A stretch of DNA of 64,000 nucleotides from assembly GCA_964016885.1 (NCBI GenBank), contig OZ024740.1:165540001-165604000 (forward strand), read 5' to 3'. The notes under the pieces were generated by a model. That model did not search any database. It worked only from the letters and a program-made list of their open reading frames with translations, and was not told the origin of the DNA. Every line of letters starts with the position of its first letter. Positions within the stretch are counted from its first letter, which is position 1. The stretch comes from Eledone cirrhosa (lineage: Eukaryota). Shown here one piece after another: positions 55,726-64,000 of this stretch. The position numbers and the translations under genes are program-made.

Positions 55726-57811
55726 ATGACCAATATAAGAGTTGGGTGTGTGAATGTACGCGACCTGGGGATGCCCTGGAAACAGGGCAAACACTTAAAC
55801 GACCTCAGGTCGCACAGTATGGATGTAGTAGCCATTTGCGAGTCGAGGATCCACAGCGAGCGACAGCTGGCCCCCATCTTCGATGACATTGAGATCTACG
55901 CATCTCTCTGTCAGACAGGGGGTGAGGGCGGGGTTGCCGTTTTGCTGCGGAAACACCTGGGCCTCGTAACACAGACGGTACATCTGGACCCGGAGGGTCG
56001 ACTGGTGGTCCTAGACGTTGACGGTAGTGAAGGTGGAGCCTTCAGGCTGGTGGCCGCATATGCCCAATCCGAGACATCGCGGCCAAACTTCTTCAAACGT
56101 CTAGAGACTTTTCTGGGAACGTCCCTCTCCTTGCTTTTAGTGGGGGACTGGAATGGAATCCTAGATGCACGTTGGGACTATGTGGGAGCATCTCCCGATA
56201 AAGGGGGGGGGGGGGTGTAACATCCTCAAACAGTTAATCGGCCAATTTGACATGCCGATAGATATCGACTATATTTTCCGACTGTGCTACTGTGGACGTG
56301 GACTAATAATAGCGGAACATCTAGATCGTACCTAGATAGAGTTCTAGTTAGAAATAAGGATAGGGACATGTTAAGCTGTCCACAAATGTTCATGGTTGCC
56401 TATTCAGATCACAAACTAGTGACCTGCATGGTCAACCTTGATAGAACCCATATACAAGGAGCCGGCAACTGGAAGCTGAACTTGTCGTTACCGACATGCA
56501 AAGCCTACAGTAGACGGATTAGCACTTTAGTTAAACAGCACCTGGCAGGGGCCATTGTCAACAACAGATGGTGGTACACTCTCAAGAGGGCAGTTAGGTT
56601 AGACTCGTTAGTTTTTAGTAAAGAATTAGCGTTAGATAGAAATAGAACCGATAAAGAACTGGTAGATAAAGTAGAAGAGGCAATTAGAAGTGGCAACGTA
56701 GCCAGCGTGCTTTCAACGAGAATGGCCTTGGACCAGTTCTTCGACGCAAAGCATGAGGGCTGCGTTGTCAGAAGCAAAATACGTGCTCTGGGAAACGAGG
56801 GAGCCAAAGCTGTTAGGTGGGCCCGAGTGACGGAGACAAAAAGTGGCAACAGGTTCACGATTTGGTCTTTGAAGGACCAAAACGGACGCGTGATACGTGA
56901 GCCGAAGCAGATGTGTGCGGACTTTCAGCGGCACTTTGCTCAGATGTTCGGGCAGGGCGGCGCGCCGGGAGGGGCTATGGATTTCGGTCCATACCTCGAC
57001 GGCCTACCGCGACTCTCGGACAGCGAGGCAAAGTTCTGCGAAAAGCCGATTTCAGCCGCTGAGATAGGGGACGCGCTGAGCCAATGCGGCAAACGCAAAT
57101 TTCCAGGTCTCGACGGTCTACCCTACGAATTTTACGTAGCAATGCCGGACTTCTTCTCCGGTCTCCTGGAAGCGGTCTACTGCAACTGGCAACAGAACGG
57201 GAAAATTCCCAGTTCTGTGACCGGGGGCGTAGTCACACTAGACAAGAAGGACGAGAATAAGGGGGATGACATAGGCAACTTCCGGCCCATAACTCTGCTA
57301 AACACAGAGTTACAGATTTTGGCCAAGGTGTTGGCAAAGAGGCTGGAGCTTGTCGTCGGGAACCTGGTGGAAGAAGCGCAGACATGCGCAATCCCGACCA
57401 GGTTCATACACGACAACGTACAGCTCATGCGATACATCATAGAGAAGATAGGGTGTAAACCCGGCTTCGGTGGGGCCCTGATCAACTTGTTTCAGTCTAA
57501 GGCTTTCAATAGGGTTGACCATCGTTACCTGGATGCGGTGCTCGAGGCGGCAGGCTTCGTATGGATTCAGTGGCTGGATTGCTGCAATGCATAACAGCAA
57601 CATCTGCTCAAGGGTTAAGGTGAACGGCTACCTCTCGGAGCCGTTCCATATCACGCGATCCATTCGACAGGGATGCCCTCTCTCCTCCCTTCTGTACGTA
57701 TTGACTCTCGAGCCACTACTGCAGAAGTTGGAGCTATTGCAGGGCATCCCCCTGGAACCGGGACTGGAGAGAGAGGTGCTGTACCCCAGCAAGTTTTATA
57801 AAAGGTGGTGA
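55726..57811 (+). pseudogene. LINE ORF2 (APE endonuclease plus RT), frameshifted and truncated before the YADD motif
   Basis: ORFs 55726-56220, 56284-57594 and 57515-57811. Confidence 0.9.
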
Positions 57812-58125
57812 AAGTGGCGAAAATGGCCCGAGTGAATGGGCCTTCTCTCTATATCAGCCTGTAGGTTGGGGGAAAAGAGGAGGAGAGGAAAGGAGTACAA
57901 ACTCTTCGTACTCCTGGAGATGAGGGTTGCACATTTTTTTTCGAGGGTATGTGTTACCCATATGAAATGTCTCCCCCTATTGCGGAAAATCGACTAATTT
58001 TTAAATTACATTTGTGATAATATTTTACACGTTTTTATTGTATGTAAACTTCCCCCTTTGTATTTGTCCCCTTCTTTTGTGCCCCTGTGGCTAATAAAGA
58101 AACATATCTATCTATTTATCTCCAA

Positions 58126-58530
58126 CAGGGGGCTCACACATGCGGCCCGCGAACTACTTATCTGTGGCCCGTGGTAGAACAAATATTTCATATCGCATTA
58201 TAACTGGTGAAAATAAGGCGGCGAGCTGGTGGAATCGTTAGCACATCTGGCGAAATGCTTAACGGTACTTCTTCCGCGTTTACGTTCTAAGTTCAAATTC
58301 CGCCGATCTCAACTTTGCCTTACATCCTTTGGGGCTCGATGAATTAAGTACCAGTTGTGTACTACGATCGATGCAATCGACTGAACCATAAACCCCAAAT
58401 TGCATGCCTTGTTCCTATAGTAGAAATGATTATAACTGGTGAACATTTTCACCCACCACCACGTTTGGCCCACTGTGCCTCTCCTCCAGGACGTAATAGC
58501 CCTTTTGTGTCCTTGAGTTGGAGACCCCTC
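58126..58530. mobile_element. Probable hAT MITE interrupted by a SINE
   Basis: cagggggctc...tgcggcccgc left end and gagttggagacccct right end; TSD not convincing. Confidence 0.45.
58212..58428 (+). mobile_element. SINE (family A-related subfamily) with 15-bp TSD
   Basis: TSD attataactggtgaa at 58197-58211 and 58429-58443; gttcaaattcc B box. Confidence 0.88.
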
Positions 58531-58562
58531 TTCTACACACACACGCACACATATATATTTTA

Positions 58563-58816
58563 CTTTTTTTCTGTCTCTGGACAACGCCCATGCTGGAGCA
58601 TCACCTTGCTAAGTTATGGGGACGTGAACAAACCAACAAGCATTGGTGGAAAGCAAACAAAAACGCAAAGACGCACACAGACATATATACATATACATAT
58701 ATACGACCGACTTCTTTTAGTTTCGATCTATCAAATCCACTCACAGGGCTTTGGTCGGCTCGGGCAGTGGGACTGAACCCGGAATATGTGGTTGGGAAAC
58801 AAGCTTCTTGTCACAC

Positions 58817-58818
<2 letters not shown>
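58563..58818 (-). mobile_element. tRNA-derived SINE family C
   Basis: Minus-strand head gtgtgacaagaagcttgtttcccaaccac...gggttcagtccc (B-box-like); internal (CA)/(TA) tract. Confidence 0.6.
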
Positions 58819-58891
<73 letters not shown>

Positions 58892-58905
58892 ATAATATAT
58901 ATATT

Positions 58906-58965
<60 letters not shown>

Positions 58966-59113
58966 CCTTACACACTTAAATATAAATACATGTATATATA
59001 TATATACAAATGTATAAATGCATAGCTATATTCATACGTAAATGTTTGTATGTATATATGTATGTATGTATGTAGATTTATATATATATATGTATGTATG
59101 TATGTATGTAGAT

Positions 59114-59218
<105 letters not shown>

Positions 59219-59355
59219 TATGTATGTATGTAGATTTTTATATATATATATATATAAATGAAGTAATTCCGTCGGAAAAGTCCAGAAAAAAAGAGTGCTC
59301 TATGTAGATAACAGAGCTTAATAGTTATGTAATAAACAACATAAGGCAATTATTC

Positions 59356-59409
59356 CATTTACCAGTGGTTTCTTAAAAGCAAAAGATTTTGCTTTCAATC
59401 CTCAGAATG
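59356..59409 (-). ncRNA. Type I hammerhead ribozyme (left arm of palindrome)
   Basis: catt / CTGAGGA / ttgaaagcaaa-atct-tttgcttttaa / GAAA / cc-act-gg / TA / aatg. Confidence 0.8.
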
Positions 59410-59431
59410 AAAAAACAGACCAGGATTTTTT

Positions 59432-59485
59432 CATTCTGAGGATTGAAAGTAAAATCTTTTGCTTTTAAGAAACCGCTGGTAAATG
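59432..59485 (+). ncRNA. Type I hammerhead ribozyme (right arm of palindrome)
   Basis: catt / CTGAGGA 59436-59442 / 11-bp stem II / GAAA 59469-59472 / cc-gct-gg / TA / aatg; GUA triplet. Confidence 0.8.
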
Positions 59486-59513
59486 GAATAATTGCCTTAT
59501 GTTGTTTATTTCA

Positions 59514-59586
<73 letters not shown>

Positions 59587-60921
59587 ATTTATATATATAT
59601 ATATGTATGTAGATTTATATATATATATGTATATATATATATAAATCTGCATACATATATACATACATTTACGTATGTATATAGCTATGCATTTATACAT
59701 TTGTATATACACATGCATTTATATTTAAGTATGTAAGGATGTTGATATGATCTATGTCTTCTTTTTTTTTGGTAAGGAGAACATTTTTGTCGCCAGATTT
59801 TATTACCTAGGGAGATTAAATACCACACTTCTGGCTGAAAGCTGACCAGGTTCTCAACTTCATCAAACACTAACGCCGGCCAGTGTGTGTATATATATGT
59901 GTGTGTGTATGCATGTGTATATATGTGTGTGTATGTATGTATATGTGTGTATGCTCACCACCATTGCTTCTTCTTGCCATTTCTGTTGATTCTCTTTGAT
60001 TTCTTTTGAAATTCGTTGACAAGGGAATTTGTTGACGAGCTTCTTTAATTTATTTTCTTTGTTTTCTTCATTCAAATCACTGACTGTCTAAGAGACGTAC
60101 AAATATGACTTATAAAACTTACCAAACTAAAAGGGCTTCTAGCACCCTCAAAGTTTCAAACGCCCCCCCCCCCCCTTACGCCCCCTTACTGCATAATGCC
60201 CCCTGGGGCTACGAAATGCCCCCCGTTGAGAAACTTTACTCTACATCATTCAAGTTGAAGTAATTCATATTTTGACTACACAGTAGCTGGGAAATATATA
60301 TGTCTTATCTCTTGTTTGGATGGTTTAGCCTTAGTTTTTGTGTCGATTATGGGTTGCGAAATATTGATGCGTTTCTTGTATTCCTCCCTTTATGATTCCA
60401 GTGAAGAAATAAGTACTAGTAGTTGCTAGGGTTTTTGTTGTTCTATAATCCCCAGAATATTTCCCCTGTGGAGAAGACCTCTGAACGAAACTATTTTTGC
60501 CATGCCTTTCTAACCTTTCACATAGTACAATCCAAATTATTTCCTTTTTCTTATCTAGAAGGTTTGACCTTAAGAAAGGATCTCTGCCCATGGGATTTTC
60601 AGGTCCTCCGAAACCAGCGAGTTCAACATAGAAGGGGTTCTGTGAAATAAGGTAAATATGTGTGATGCAGATAGGAGAGAGGCACGATTCAGATGAGTAT
60701 GTATAAGGGATGAAGAAAAACGGCACCCATCTAATTGAATAAGAGATAACTTCAGTTGTGATAAGAAAGGGAGAATGCCCAGAGTGTGGGATGCGTTAGT
60801 AATCATGCCAATCAGTCGAGATACATTCTTTCGAAGTGGCCCATGATATATCTATTTCTAGTAGCTGCCCATACCCTGATGTCTCGGCAATAATCCACAA
60901 TGCGTCTTACTTCCATTTATT

Positions 60922-61100
60922 TTGGCAGAATCGGTAGAGCGTCGGACACCATGCATTGCAACATAGAGTTATGGTCTTTTACGTTCTTTGTTCAAATCCG
61001 CCGAGGTTAACTTTGCCTTTCATCCTTACAGGGTCGGTAAAATAAAGCACCAGGAATGCACTGGGGTAATTGCTGGCCTTGTGCCAAAAGTAGAAACAGT
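60922..61100 (+). mobile_element. SINE family A
   Basis: ttggcagaatcggtagag head and family A body. Confidence 0.85.
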
Positions 61101-61779
61101 ATTAATGTGGAGCTGAAATATTTTCTGATCCTAAAGCCAAAGGCCCGTCTTTGCTTTAGTGAGAACGTGAGGTCGCCAAGTTAGTTTCATTGATTGTGAA
61201 ACATAAATATGTGTGTATATGTAAGCACGCATACATAGATACAAACAAACAAATTGAAATAGATATTTATGTATACAACATGAGTTCTAACCCCTCACCG
61301 TCATTAGAGCTCATGCTGCATGATAATATCATTTTTTATTGGTACGATGCCACAATCTTTAGAGGATTGGAACATAGAAAAATATGTGATAATCCTTTGT
61401 ATACTAGGTTATATTATCATCAAGTAAAAATCTGGAAAAGTTAGGGTTCTCAGACAAAGAAATTGATCAGCTAACACGCACGTTACAGATAAAATTGTTA
61501 TGCAATTGACGGGTCGTCCTTCGCGGTTAGAAACCGTATTTCTCAATTAGTGAGCAATTTGAAAAATAAAACCAGAATAGTATACATATATACATAAACA
61601 TTGGATAAACTCGCACAAATATATGTACATTTATATATTTTAAAACATACCAATCTCCAGTACAAACACACGTTAACATATACATTGACTACGCACACTT
61701 AAATAAACACATACGCATATAAATACGGTTACACCTACCAACGCTTTCATATGTTTAAAATACAGAAAGCGGTTTACAA

Positions 61780-61819
<40 letters not shown>

Positions 61820-61944
61820 CTTTTACATATGAAATACAGACTGAAGATACATTTAAGTATTTGGAGAAAAACAGGCATACTCTCAGGAATAGATATATAT
61901 ACGCTCCTATGTGTATATGTACATCCGCATGGACGTATTCAAGT

Positions 61945-62007
<63 letters not shown>

Positions 62008-63067
62008 CTCTCTAAGTCTGAAGACGTACGCAAGGAGGAAAACACTGGAAGTAGTTAAAATAAACAAACAAAAGACGAAGCCAACGCACAATTTTCTTTA
62101 TGAAATCAATATTCCAAAGTGTGACCTTTAAACATACTTTAATTAACAGGGTCAAATCGAAGATCAAAGCTTTATAATTTTCCGAAGCAACGTTTATTTT
62201 CTGAACTGGGATAGGGCAAATTTCGTCGGTAGGTAGGGTGGGTATTTTCCAGATGTGTTGAAATACGTGATAATATTAGAGAAGACCTACATGTAAGCTA
62301 TGAATGAGATCGTTCAAGCAGAGTATAAGTTGGTCGTTTGACATTTCTAATTTTTGAAGTTTAATTGAAAATTCTCATCTTCAGACACGCAGGCACGTAT
62401 TCACATACATATACACATGCATACTGATGTTTATATATATATATATATATTTATATACATACACACATACATACACACATACATATACATACATATACAC
62501 ATACATACACACACATATATACATACACACACATATATATATATATATACATGCATGCACATATATATACACACATACATATAGATAGAGAGATAAATAG
62601 ATTGATTGAATAAATAAATAGACACACTTCTGTCGATGTTTGTTTTTGTGTAAGTATGTGTATGTATATTATGAAACACTAATTTGGAAGTATATGATTT
62701 ATGTGTATATATGTTTGTGTGTAATGTGTACTCACATAAATTTTACTTTGATGCCAATAATAAAATTTCGATGTACCAAAAATGGCATGTATGTTTCGAA
62801 AATACGTATAGATAGATGGATGAATACCTCTCTCACTGGTTCTCCCTCTGTATATTTGTACACACGCACAAATACATACACTATCAATATATATATGTAT
62901 ATATATATATGTATATATATATATATACAACAAAATTTCATTTATATATATATATAGAGAGAGAGAGGGGGGAAGGGGCCGAAACACTTTGATTGCCTGT
63001 ACAGGGAATATTTATTAGAATACTGTCGAAGTGTCTACATTCTTTGGACACCCAATATGAATGTATG

Positions 63068-63133
<66 letters not shown>

Positions 63134-63274
63134 GATAATACAACCATATAAAGGCAAATATAATTTTAAAAGATCAATATGATTTAATAGTCCACAATCA
63201 GATAGGTAATAAACAGTTCAGAGTCTAATCTAATGGGTAAATGTTCAATCATTGAAGTGTTATAATTTCACAGA

Positions 63275-63312
<38 letters not shown>

Positions 63313-63357
63313 CGAAAGAGTAACAAGGATTATAATTATACCATTTAATAGATTTAC

Positions 63358-63452
<95 letters not shown>

Positions 63453-63724
63453 GTAAGTACATTAACTAAATTCTAAGATACCACATGTGAATTACTGTAA
63501 ACAGCAGTATAAATCGACTAGTTTCACCTGGTCACTGGCTCATGCATGGCTGTATTGTTAAGAATTTCGATATGCTGTTCTGTATGTAAACTGACAGATA
63601 AATTGATAGCTAAACTATACATAGACAGACTGAACAATTGAAATTACTTTTCTCTTTCCGTTTTTATGTAAGCAATATTCGTATAAATGTCTGTATGTAT
63701 ATATATATATATATATAAATATAA

Positions 63725-63812
<88 letters not shown>

Positions 63813-63814
<2 letters not shown>

Positions 63815-64000
63815 AGGGGGTGTAACTTGGAGTTAGTGCAGGTTCACCCGAGAGAGCACTCGATGTTTAGGTTCACTTCTGTGATGAGGTGTAGAGCTAT
63901 ACACAGTGTAATATATTAAAAGGATAACAAGGACGATTGATTACTCCTTCATTGCATTTATTGGTAGGTGACGCGCGTTTCGCCACTGATCAGCTCAGGG
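63813..64000 (-). mobile_element. PLE-type terminal repeat with the 3' half of a hammerhead (core lies beyond the window edge)
   Basis: Minus strand ...cagtggc GAAAC GCGC GTC acc at 63967-63981; ends in (TA)n. Confidence 0.55.

Larger units (their letters stand above)
53680..58102 (+). mobile_element. Tx1/L1-clade LINE with intact 5' end, ORF1 and ORF2, 3' internal deletion
   Basis: ORF1 pieces 53824-54192 and 54314-55342 with a CYHC....H knuckle; ORF2 APE (NVR.L, ESR, GDWN, SYLDR, SDH) and RT (PGLDGLPYEFY, FRPITLLN, KAFNRVDH, RQGCPLS); AATAAA at 58093. Confidence 0.92.

Noticed and set aside
60600-60900. Possible CR1-like LINE 3' relics here, at 41700-42180 and at 19960-20260, and an RTE relic at 42540-42760
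   Set aside because: Motifs too decayed to set boundaries or class with confidence

Overview
AT-rich animal genomic DNA, saturated with (TA)n/(CA)n microsatellites. The SINE and repeat content is consistent with a cephalopod such as Octopus (inference from recalled repeat families). I find no confident host protein-coding gene; most short ORFs in the track are microsatellite translations. The window is a nested transposon landscape: (i) several Penelope-like elements (PLEs), namely two GIY-YIG-coding copies with the CxCx5C linker I associate with the Hydra clade (1-1750 degenerate; 12634-15810 with an inverted 3' repeat), a GC-rich Neptune-like copy (5045-8160) and many solo or fold-back PLE-type repeats; (ii) a Helitron with both termini (8254-12458); (iii) two R4/Dong RLE LINEs (one near full length, 32910-37009); (iv) two Tx1/L1-like LINEs; (v) a 7.4-kb hAT/Charlie-type shell with a perfect 8-bp TSD (52871-60238) holding nested insertions; (vi) RTE and CR1-like fragments and about 15 tRNA-derived SINE copies. 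The most notable signal is about ten sequence-unrelated type I hammerhead ribozyme (HHR) motifs, mostly in short fold-back cassettes inserted in (TA)n. They include a back-to-back pair of complete ribozymes, candidate non-canonical cores (U4A; U3-A8 compensatory), a snap-back exactly at stem II, and a duplicate from which the ribozyme is cleanly deleted. All folds were assigned by eye and are untested.
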